Assembly: GCF_001194135.2 (NCBI RefSeq)
Contig: NC_068982.1
Span: 132,144,330-132,208,329, forward strand
DNA: 64,000 bases
Direction of reading: 5' to 3'
From: Octopus bimaculoides
Taxonomy: Eukaryota
Within the stretch, counting starts at the first letter, position 1. Every line of letters starts with the position of its first letter. The notes under the pieces were generated by a model, which saw only the letters and a list, made by a program, of their open reading frames with translations, had not been told where the DNA came from and searched no databases. Below are positions 11,561 through 22,520 of the stretch, piece after piece. A program made the translations under genes and the position numbers.

Positions 11561-14149
11561 GTTCTAGAATCAATATAATTTGCAGAACTATACACGAACA
11601 GTCTTCATAAAATAAGACTTGCGTACAGTTCTACCGATTATATTAGGGTTATTTTTCAAAATGTCTCAGCTCTGGCGAGCTAAACTCCGGAAACAGTTCT
11701 GCAGAGGATAATTCACTGCAGTATATGTTGTCGGCTGGAGAATATAATTATATTGATTCTCGAACGATTGTGTTGAAGAGATCACAGATATATTTTCCAG
11801 CGGAGATGTACTCATCTGGAAAGTGATTTGATCTGAGTCCCTGTATTGAGACTAAAGCAATTACAGCATGGAAGGTACATATTAACCATTCCAAAACACA
11901 TAAAACTGTTAATTCCACTTAATCGCTAAACATTTTCGACGTACTGACCCAGTTCTACAGCAACCGAAAAGAGATTAGGCTCCTAGCGATTATATATAAA
12001 TATGCCTCACCACAAAACAGCTGCAATAGAATTATCAGTGAAAAGACAATGCGACTAAATGAATTTTAAGATTTTGGTGTGGTTTCGAATATCTATAATG
12101 TGTCGTCTACGCTGTAATTGCTAAACATGCTCTCTTTTCCGTTGGTTTTTTCATTCAACATATATGAGATCATAGATGAGTTATTGTTATTCATTCTGTT
12201 TACGTCGTCAGAATTTGAATTTTGATATATTAAATTTTAATTATTTATGCTTTCGGATGCATTTGTTTGATTTATCATTTTTCCCTGTCACACCCACACT
12301 TTTTTTTATATTTTGTCCATTTTTTTCTTCTTTTCTATTTTCGTGTATTCAAAGCTCGTCTACATTTTAACTTACAGAAGCCTCTCCAGTTTCATTCCAT
12401 TTCTTAGCATAATTTTTACCTTTCCTCTCATAGGGGACGATATGTTGTTTATTTTAAGCATGAAATTAAAATATAAATTTTATCTAAAAGATAAACATTC
12501 TGCAACATATTTTTCATAAAATGCATCCAGTAAAAATTTGGTAATAAATCAATATCCTTCGTGCTGCCACAAGAGACGTTCACATACATCAAAACACAAC
12601 AGCAACATCAGCTACAGCAATTGTTTCTAAATAAGGCATAAGGCCAACCATTTTGAGAGTTTCGGGTTAATCGATTATATCAACCCCAAAAATTTCACTA
12701 GTATTTCACTTTGCAATCCCTGAGGGATGAAAGAGTGTTAAAATGTGAACCCTCGTTCACTTGTATGTTATTGTCAGTCGCTACTATTATGTTGTGATAG
12801 TATTCCGAGTCCTATTATCTTTGAGTCGTCTATAGTGCTATCGCTGATATTTCCGCAAGACTGACTTTGAAACATCTACCTTGACAGTAACTCGAACTCG
12901 TATATAACACGTAACTGACCCTGACTCCGTGTGAGAACTCGTACAACGACTCTACTACTACTGACCTCCTACAATTACTGACTGTCTGACTTTGTAGTGG
13001 TTAATTCATACTACTTTGTCACGTGGAAAGGGCAGTACCATTTTAACTACAACAAAGGAAAAGTTTAATTCGGTGGGGTTTGAACTCAGAAAGAACAGAA
13101 CAGAAGGAAATATCACAAGGCACTATTTACGACTTTCTAACGGTTGTGTCATTCAATGGACAACAATGCCAGAGATCTACTTAAAAACACTGCATACGAT
13201 GCAATAAACCAATCACCCAACGACTGCACACTCACAGAGAAGGTGGAATAGGATTATTGAGTCAGAGGAAGAAATATATGAGTAAGAAGAAAAAATATAC
13301 GACAGCAATTATTTGTGCTGTCTACAACCTTTTGAACACTTAATAGCCTTGTTGACGATGATTGCAGTTGTTTATAACTGCGGCAACAAAATTCTCAAAG
13401 GAAATTGGATTACACTTCGAAGAACTAAAGTTTAAATCTCCAGCATCAGCAAAAACGAACAGAGAGTAAGTCAGTCGTGGAGAACAATCATAAAGACATT
13501 TCCAGTGCGTGCTAAATATTTCTGAAAAATTGGTAACACATATATAAATAAGTTTATATTCATATAAACATATGCTGATATAAACATAATTATATATGCT
13601 TATATAACCATATATATGTTTAGATTAACAAATCCAACATCAGTGAAGTAACAGGAACATTCGTGATACAGAAGCAGGCCATCACATTTCGATACACTAA
13701 AAGGAATATCAGTTTCTACAACATAGATGACTGTATTTTCTGAAACAACATATCACATTAAATCTAGATGACTTTCACTAGCTCTGATAAGATATATTTG
13801 CAGATATAATAACGTAGTAAATCTACTCTATATGCACCAAACTAGCCAGTTCGAACTGCTTTACGAAAAGCTATTCGGTACTTCATAAAAGATCACCATA
13901 TACCAAGACTACAAAATAGTAGCGGATATTGCATCGAGTATGAGAAGGCAATAAAGTAAAACATACTTCAATAAAATATTTTCAATAACTAATTGCAATA
14001 ATGTCGGCAAACACCTTAAGTCAGTCAAGCAATCCTAGAGACCTTGGATTACTCTAACTGCCAAGAGCAACAACTCGCTCAGAACAAATGGCTGTAAGCC
14101 CCCACTTCTTCAAGCACTTTCAACCAGGTGACACACATTTTCCGGTTAA

Positions 14150-14520
14150 CTTCCTCGAGGGCAGCACTTTCTTTACTGACCATACAATCTTCTTCAAATG
14201 ATATTTGAAGCGTTGATGGTTACGGTTTGAATAGAAAAGTAATCTTGTCCAATACACTATCTTTTTTATCATGGCCACAGTCAAAAAAAAAAAGAAAAAG
14301 AAAGAAAAAGGATAACTAACCGTCCTTCCTTCTGCCAGCAATTTTTGCGATTTACCCGGCTGGCAGCTGCAATAATCCAACACGTGACAACTATTTAGTC
14401 AACATAACTCTACATACACTGAGCAGCGTTGTGTACAGAACGAGATCATCGCTCTCCTTGTATATCGGACAGGCCAACTGACAGCCCTGTCCGCATACTT
14501 TGCCATGAACCGGTGATACT
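14150..14520 (-). mobile_element. L1/Tx1-like LINE C-terminal fragment, decayed
   Basis: ACPIYKESDDLVLY..., LSRVGLLQLPAG*IAKI, VAMIKKIVYWTR...KYHLKK resemble the Tx1 zf-RVT C-terminus (recalled similarity). Confidence 0.45.
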
Positions 14521-16184
14521 TCTCTAAGAAAAGTGAGGTCAGAGACTCACATGGGCGACTGCTGTCCATATTCTCTCTTTTGAAAGTCCTTCAAAAGAGA
14601 CTAAAGAGCTAATCTTCATCGATACCATGATCGACTGAATTGCTAGACTGGTAGAGGATCGCAAACGCCTGAGAACATTCCAGAACGAGATTCTCAACTT
14701 TGGCTTAAGTTTGATCGAGGGTTACGGTTCTTTCAAATGCCTGATCTTTGGAAAGACATTGCTGTGAAGGGCGACTACAACTGCTCACCACCTAGGAATG
14801 TCTGCAACAATATTCCCTCAATTTTTTTTTGTTGTGGGTATATGCAGAAATTTGCTTGTATGAAAATATTGTCAATATTTGCAAAGTATGTACGCATCAC
14901 TCACATTTCTTCAATTAAAAATTTTGTCTTATCTCGAAAACATTGTGTGACATATTTTTCCACTTCGTGTGCTAGTTATAAAATGTGTGTGCGCGCACAC
15001 AAGCGTGCAACTAAGAAATAAAAGATGCAAACACTGGTCTGCAGATATCGCAGACGCATGCCAGTGAATCATCCGTTATTGTACCAAAGGACTCCACGTA
15101 GAAATTCATGGCAGTATATTGACATTCTGATATGCAGAACATTCCTCTTCTACACATAGCGGTGGAGCAGATTTGAAGCAGTCCTTCAGTCCAGTGATAA
15201 ACTATGGTCAACATTTACTTGCCTCACCAGATACTGAGCGGTAAACTTATCGATTTACCCCGATTTATGCGTCTTCTTTCAACCAATTTGAATCGATTTG
15301 ATACAATACTAAATGCAACTCTATTTCAGGGATGACCGTAAAAATGACGGCGGTGATGCTAAACATATTTTTATGTAGTGTAGATTAAATACTGAAGACA
15401 TGGGAACTGCAAGATAGCGCAATATATATTTTGAAAATCCGCAGTTAAGTATAGTGAGCAAATGTAATAGTGTAAATTAGAAGACTGAAGTAATATAATG
15501 CAGTTTGACGTAGTATTGCAAGAAAATATTAGTGAAATAACTAGTAATTTTAGTGCAGTGTAGATTAATGCGGTGTATGAGAACAGATGAGACTGTGTGG
15601 GTGTTCAATATGTTTGTGTTGGAAAAGTACTGGCGTGAAGCAGAATGGTTTGGATTCACTCGAATATTTTCACACTTCAAATGAACGCTCGTTTATATCT
15701 GAATGGCTCAACTCACTACTTCTATATGCATTCGTGTTAACTCTTTAGTGCTTATTTTTATAAGTGTTTTTCTACACATTTCCACCGTGGGAACTTTAGA
15801 ATATTTTTCATTCTGTTGTTGCTCCCGTACCGTTAGCGCTGCCTATTTATAATGAGAGCATCATTGTTGTTATTTCCGTAGCATTTTTTTATTTCATTCA
15901 CCATATTATTGTTGTTATTGCTATCATTTAGGATGCTGATGTTGTTTTTCCTTCTGCGAAGCCAACATTGCTAAGCGTTCATAACATCGTCCTCTAATTT
16001 ATTAAACGAATGAAATAAAATTTTATATCACACAATGTCGTTAAAAAAAAAAATAAAAAAGATACGCGACCAATAAATATGTTTGAGTTTGGAAATACAT
16101 AAAAAAAGATTCAGCACTTCATTCAGAATTCATTGATTGCAATATTTTAGCGAACGATTTCCGCTATGCATAGCTCTGGTAATA

Positions 16185-16222
16185 TACAGTGTGTGTGTAT
16201 GTATGTGTGTGTATGTATGTGT

Positions 16223-16296
<74 letters not shown>

Positions 16297-16370
16297 GTCT
16301 GCGTGTATGTACATGTGTGTCTGTGTGCGAAAACCAGTGTTGTGTTAAATACATGTATGTATATACATAC

Positions 16371-16448
<78 letters not shown>

Positions 16449-16561
16449 ATGTATGTATATGTATATATATGTATGTATGTGTATACACGCGTACATACAA
16501 CATATACATACACACAGACACATACATAAATATATATACATATATATATGTAAGTGCATAA

Positions 16562-16590
<29 letters not shown>
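16185..16590. repeat. Compound (GT)n/(AT)n/(ACAT)n microsatellite block
   Basis: Direct reading. Confidence 0.95.
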
Positions 16591-16602
<12 letters not shown>

Positions 16603-16604
16603 TC

Positions 16605-16947
16605 TTTTAGTTGTTCCGGTCTATGCTGGAGTCCTGAAGAATTTCTAGTCGAATGGATCGGCCCCAGAACTTACCGTATCAGTCACGTTTGCCGGACCGC
16701 TTTGTTACAGAGCATAAATACACCAACAACTGTTGTCAAGCAGTGATGTAGGACAAACGCAGACACAAAGGCATGTATACATATATATATACGACGGACT
16801 TCTTTCAGTTTCCGTCTACCAAATCCACTAACAAGACTTTGCTCAGCCGAGGGCTATGGTGGAAGATAGCTGTCCAAGGTGTCTCACAGTGGGCCTGAGC
16901 CCGGAAGCATGTGGTTCGGAAGCAAGCTTCTTACCATACAGCCACGC
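16605..16947 (-). mobile_element. tRNA-derived SINE (family 2, resembles octopus OR-type SINEs)
   Basis: Minus head gcgtggctgtatggtaagaagcttgcttcc..., body ggtagacggaaactgaaagaag; fragments recur at 21826, 39385, 60205, 63835. Confidence 0.75.
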
Positions 16948-17804
16948 AAATATATATAAGTATATGTATATACGTATGCATGCATGAATGTATGTATGCA
17001 TGTATGTATGTATGTATGTATGTATGTATGTATGTATGTATGTATGTATGTATTATGACACACACACAAACACATTGAACGCAAAGAATAACAGCAACAA
17101 CAAGCAGAGAACAGCTAATATAGGACAAGCGATTTAAAAGTATTCCTGCTGAGATGATTATTATGAATCCTTACATCTAAGCAGATAGTAAAATCTAGAA
17201 GCGGTAACAGAAGTAAAATCTAGAAGCGGTAACAGAAGTAAAAATCCATCAGAGGGACTGCGATAGAAAATTGATAATATACATCATAATTTTAATGTCA
17301 ACAAACTTTTAAAACATCAACAACTATGCCATTACAATATATCAACATTAAACAATAACATCGACATCACAACAACAATATTCACTCTAAAAAAATACAA
17401 TCGTAAATAAAGCTAGCTCAATAAAATAATAATACAAATAATACAAATACAGCGTTCACGGTGACAACGACGATGCCTATGACGACGATGATTACAAACA
17501 GCAAGGACAGTAGGAATATAACTCTTTTATAAATTGCTGTTGCATTTAAAAGCTATTAAACACAGATAAAAGCAACAACAGCAGCAACAACAACAATAAC
17601 AATAGGAACAGCAGCCACTATGCAAGAAATGCAAGTAAATCATCTGTCTAATGCTATAAACATTAAAATCAGAAGAAGAAAAAAAACATGTCACCAATAC
17701 TGTATAATAATCAATTTCACTTTCACTCTGAAACTTATTGGGTCCTATATGCAAGTGGTAAAAGTAATGAGATAATAGGGTGTCGAGAGATAAAAGGGGT
17801 AATA

Positions 17805-17886
17805 ATAACAACAACAACAACAACAACAACAACAATAATAATAATAATAATAATAATAATTATAATAATAATAATAATAATAATAT
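17805..17886. repeat. (AAC)n(AAT)n microsatellite
   Basis: Direct reading. Confidence 0.95.
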
Positions 17887-18442
17887 ATGCCCTGATGCAG
17901 TACCAGGCAGTGGCTCTCATGGTTTCTGATCTTAATTGATCGGAAGTGTTATAATGTACGTTGTTTTGTCTTGGTATAAAAGATGGGCCACAGCAAATAT
18001 TCTGCTCAATACCACGGATTTGCTTGTCAGTTGCTCGACCATAACCAGTTGAGCATGTCCCTTAGTGGCTGGCAATATGTGCATCTCTGATCACGAGTAG
18101 AAGTAGTGGGGGAGCATCATAGCCATGTGGTGAGGGGGATTCTTTGGGGTTTGGATAATCCACCTTTGGAAACATGGGTGTTTTGTTCAACATCCTTAAA
18201 CAACCCTTATTCAGGGACCTTTTGAGCAGGATGTGCTACTCAACCCGAAGAAAATTCTAACTGGGTCCCACCTGCAAGATCATGCGCTGTTTATCTTGAT
18301 ATGAGATCACTATGTCACGCGTATATGGTTGTGAGGCATGTATCTGGTGTACCCTTAATAGATGGGTAGTCATGATGGGCATACTGAGCTTCGTATATTT
18401 TGCCGCAGTGTCACTTTGATGGCATGCACTGCTCTCTCACTC
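17887..18442 (+). mobile_element. ~556-bp non-coding interspersed element flanked by (AAT)n, copy 1
   Basis: Colinear homology along its length with 47590-48297 minus; AAT tract at both ends. Confidence 0.8.
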
Positions 18443-18456
18443 AAAAATAATAATAA

Positions 18457-18668
18457 TCCTTTCTACTATAGGCGCAAGGCCTGAAATTTGGGGGAGGGGA
18501 ACTAGTTGATCGCATCAATCCCGGTGCGTAACTGGTACTTATTTAATCGACCCCGAAAGGATGAAAGGCAAAGTCGATGTCGGCAGAATTTAAACTCAGA
18601 ACGTAGCGGCAGATAAAATACCGCTAAGCATTTTGTCCAGTGTGCTAACGATTCTACCAGCTTGCCGC
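18457..18668 (-). mobile_element. tRNA-derived SINE (family 3) with Nin/Deu-like domain
   Basis: Minus: agctggtagaatcg A box, gagtttaaattc B box, gcctttcatcctttcggggtcgattaaataagtacc domain, (ATT)n tail. Confidence 0.85.
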
Positions 18669-18724
<56 letters not shown>

Positions 18725-18727
<3 letters not shown>

Positions 18728-19200
18728 TAATAATAATAAAGAACAGAAATTATCTGACTAACAGGAGAAGGTGTTGCACGGTAGATTCCTAAAGGTAGTT
18801 GCAGCAAATAGTATATGGCTACAGAAAGGAAAGCTGAAGAGGGAGACAGAAAGTTTGTTAGTAACTGCACAAGGTCAAGCATTAAAAACTAATTGAATAA
18901 AAGGCAAGATAGACAAAAACCAAGTAGACTCCCAATGTAGATTATGAAAAACAAAAGAACAAAAGCGGAAAGCCTTTAGTAAGTGAATGTAATATGCTGG
19001 CACAGAAAGAATACAAGAAAAGACATGACAATCTAAGGAGAGTAATCCACTGGGAGCTATGTAGAAAGCTAGGATTTGAACATACTGATAAATGTTATGA
19101 ACATGAACCTTGTGAAGTACTAGTAGGTAAGAAATACAAGATGTTGTGGGACTCTAACATTCAGACTGACAGAGTAATAGAAGCTAGAAGGCCTGATTTG

Positions 19201-19269
<69 letters not shown>

Positions 19270-19630
19270 CATAAGGAGTAATAGAAAGTGCCAGATAATG
19301 GGATTTACAGTCCCAAATGAAAAATTAATATGAGAGGTATAGAAAAGATAGCAAAGTACCAGCTATTGAATTACTGAGACTATGGAAAGTGCGGCGAAAA
19401 TGTATACCAGTAGTTATAGATGCATTTGAAACTATCCCTAAAGGTCTGAACAGATGGATACAGAAATAAGCATAAAACTCAGTTTAGTACAGCTGCAGAA
19501 AACTGTTATTAGGGATGGCTAGGATACTTAGGTGGGTTCTTAGCATATAAGCCTACTTGTTGTCGCCCGATGTTAAGATTCTTTTCTTTTCCAACGTTCT
19601 AATCTGTTAAGTGTATATGAAAATTATATC
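18725..19630 (+). mobile_element. 5'-truncated R4/Dong-clade LINE (CCHC, RLE, 3' UTR)
   Basis: ECNMLAQKEYKKRHDNLRRVIHWELC...MLWDSNIQTDRVIEARRPDLVV; starts at (AAT)n. Confidence 0.9.
19201..19269. repeat. (GTG)3(GTA)20 expansion inside the RLE coding sequence
   Basis: Direct reading. Confidence 0.95.
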
Positions 19631-19639
19631 AATAAGAAA

Positions 19640-20160
19640 ATAAGAATAAAATCCAAGCAGTTAATACGTGGGCGATAGCATCACTTCGGTATAGAGCGAG
19701 AAATAGAAAATGACAAAAGAGAGAAATAAAGAAAATGGATACCAAGACCAGAAAAATGTTGACAGTACACGAAGCTTCCCACCCTATGAGTGATACTGAT
19801 AGACTGTACTTGTCCAGAAGAAAGGGTGGGAGAGGTTCGATTAGTTGTCATGACTGTATCGAAGCAGAGAAAAACAGCCTAGAATGGTATATAAAAATGT
19901 CATGGAGAAAAATTTAAACAAGAAATGAACAAAAAAAAAAGAAAAAACAAGGAAGGAAAAGAAAATGTACGGTCAGTTTGCAAGAGATGTGAACACGAAG
20001 ACAGATACAGAGGACCGGTGGTTATGGATGAGGCGGAGTGACCTAAAGATAGAGAAAGAAACACTCATGCGCAGCTCAGGAACAAGCGTTAAGGACCAAC
20101 TATATGAAATGAAGTATAGAAAATACTTCGGAGCTCTGTGGAAATCACGCCCTACAAAGA
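19640..20160 (+). mobile_element. Second R4/Dong-clade fragment in tandem (post-RT region)
   Basis: NKIQAVNTWAIASLRY, MDTKTRKMLT...DRLYLSRRKGGRG, MYGQFARD...WLWMRRSDLKIE. Confidence 0.85.
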
Positions 20161-20200
20161 GCAACGACGTGGTATGAGGAGGGGCGGAGGAGGGGAGGAG

Positions 20201-20419
20201 NNNNNNNNNNNNNNNNNNNNNNNNNNNNNNNNNNNNNNNNNNNNNNNNNNNNNNNNNNNNNNNNNNNNNNNNNNNNNNNNNNNNNNNNNNNNNNNNNNNN
20301 NNNNNNNNNNNNNNNNNNNNNNNNNNNNNNNNNNNNNNNNNNNNNNNNNNNNNNNNNNNNNNNNNNNNNNNNNNNNNNNNNNNNNNNNNNNNNNNNNNNN
20401 NNNNNNNNNNNNNNNNNNN
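20201..20419. other. Assembly gap followed by (AGA)n
   Basis: N run. Confidence 1.
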
Positions 20420-20529
20420 GGGAGAAGAAGAAGAAGAAGAAGAAGAAGAAGAAGAAGAAGAAGAAGAAGAAGAAGAAGAAGAAGAAGAAGAAGAAGAAGA
20501 AGAAGAAGAAAAATAAGAAGAAGAAGGAG

Positions 20530-21190
20530 AGCAAAAGGGTGGTTGACAGTGAAGTAGAGCAAAGTAAAAATGTAAATGCATTCTCAGAAAATAAAGCAAA
20601 ACTGATAGGAAGAGCTGTATCACTAGAATATGATGGTGACCAACAGGGCATAGTGAGGATGCTGTGTCGATATATTAGAGAGAAGACCAGGGTCAAGCAT
20701 CCCCCAACCTGAGCTAGATTGATCGACGCAAGCTCAAAGTTCAAACCAAGAAGACGCGAAATATAACTGAAACTAACAAGATTATTTGGGTTGCAGCTAT
20801 GGTTGCTGCAGATAGAGTTGAGATACAAAAGAAAAGAACAAACTGGGCGTAAAGAACCAGACTGGCGTAGACGAATTTGTGAAAAACAAAGTTAATAAGA
20901 CATTTAGGACGAGTTGACAGACTGAAAAGAGGGGAATTTCAGAACGTAAGTATAAGAATAATGCCGGAAAGAACATATAGAATACGATATAAAGTTATGA
21001 TGTGATATTGGAAGAATTGAAACAAAGAGTAGTAGCAATCAAAGCAAAACTGAAAAGATACGACAATAGAAAAAAACAGTTTACGCAAAACAGATTGTTT
21101 GAAGCAAATCAGAAGAAACTATTTCAGGAACTAGATGGGAAAATACACGTAACGATAATGCCAGCTGCAGAGGATAACAAGGCATTCTAA
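20530..21190 (+). mobile_element. R4/Dong-clade LINE N-terminal (pre-RT) fragment
   Basis: ILEELKQRVVAIKAKLKRYDNRKKQFTQNRLFEANQKKLFQELDG; DNA homology to 29690-30125 minus. Confidence 0.8.
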
Positions 21191-21825
21191 AGAGCGATCT
21201 TGGTGACAACTAAGCGGGGGGGTGCGCCCACTAGTAGGCCATTGATAATGAAGTAGGGGAAGTCTTATCATGTAGTACTATAGTTAAATGTTTTAAAACA
21301 ATGTTGCTATATTATATACAGATACAGTTTATGCCCATTCATAGGGTTATTAATAAGAATATATTAACAAAAAGATAGAAATTTATGGATATTTTTTGAG
21401 CATATAATAAACTTTTACCACAATAGAGGGAGGAAAAGAAAAATTTTTCAGAAATAGTTTTATATTTGATATTTATATATATTATTATACACTTAATAAC
21501 AAACTCTTCATGTGGTATCTATGAATATTGATTAATGGGAATATACTGATATTAATAAAGGAGTATTGAGATAAAAGAGCATTCTAATTATATATTAATA
21601 AAATTATATTCTAAGGAGTTTTTTTTATGTGTAGTAAATATATCAGTATAGTTTTATATACGCTAAGTATGAAATACTAGAGATACAAAGATTTGCTTAA
21701 TTAATTTATGAATAAATAAAGGCTTATTATGAATTAATAAAGAAATGAAATAAAATAATCAATTAGGGCAGAATACCATAGCAATAAAGTAGTTTAATTA
21801 CTATTTACTAATATATATGTGTGTA

Positions 21826-21885
21826 TACAACGGGTTTCTTTCAATTTCCGTCTACCAGATTCACTCACAACGTTTTGGTCAGCCA
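21826..21885 (-). mobile_element. Family 2 SINE fragment
   Basis: tttcaatttccgtctaccagattcactcacaa matches 16800-16840. Confidence 0.7.
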
Positions 21886-22474
21886 AATTAGTTTCATTCT
21901 GAAAGAAATGGAAAAGATTAATTGCTACGACGTTTCGGACATTCTCATTCTTCGGAATAGAATTTATATTGTGAAGAGAGGAGAAAAGATGAACAAAACC
22001 GGAGATAAAATAGCTAAATAAGAAAAGATGTAAGTCAGGCGAACTAGTCTACATGCTGACTATTCACGGTGTGTGTTTGTGTGTGCGCACCCTTGCGTGT
22101 GTATCTTCATGTAAAGATATGTGCGTCCGTATATGCCTCTCTGTATATTTGTGCGCCCGTGCATATGCCTGTGAAATAATAATAATGAAATTTACTGGTT
22201 TTATTATTATTTAACGATGCTTATGCGTTCGCTCACATCATCTCCTCTTCACGAGCCGTCAGCGACTGTAACATAAATCTACTTATTAAACTGTAAACAA
22301 AACTCCTTGTAGGCGTAATTTCTCAACCAGATTTATGAACCCGCATAGTTATTCATTTATTCATAACTCTCACTCTGTACTAATACAGCAAATAGGAAAT
22401 GCATTAATGCATATGTGTATGTATGCATGAATGTATGTATTTATGTGTAAATGCATGTATGATTAGATGGGTGT

Positions 22475-22520
<46 letters not shown>

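Noticed and set aside
15011-15240. GC-richer ORF-like stretch
   Set aside because: Stops or no homology in all frames; no clear splice sites
17187-17246. 25-bp direct tandem duplication
   Set aside because: Ordinary local slippage; similar small duplications at 25195-25240 and 31665-31840
21200-21815. Very AT-rich non-repetitive block considered as a mitochondrial insertion (NUMT)
   Set aside because: No mitochondrial protein, tRNA or rRNA could be matched by eye; BLASTN against mollusc mitogenomes would settle it
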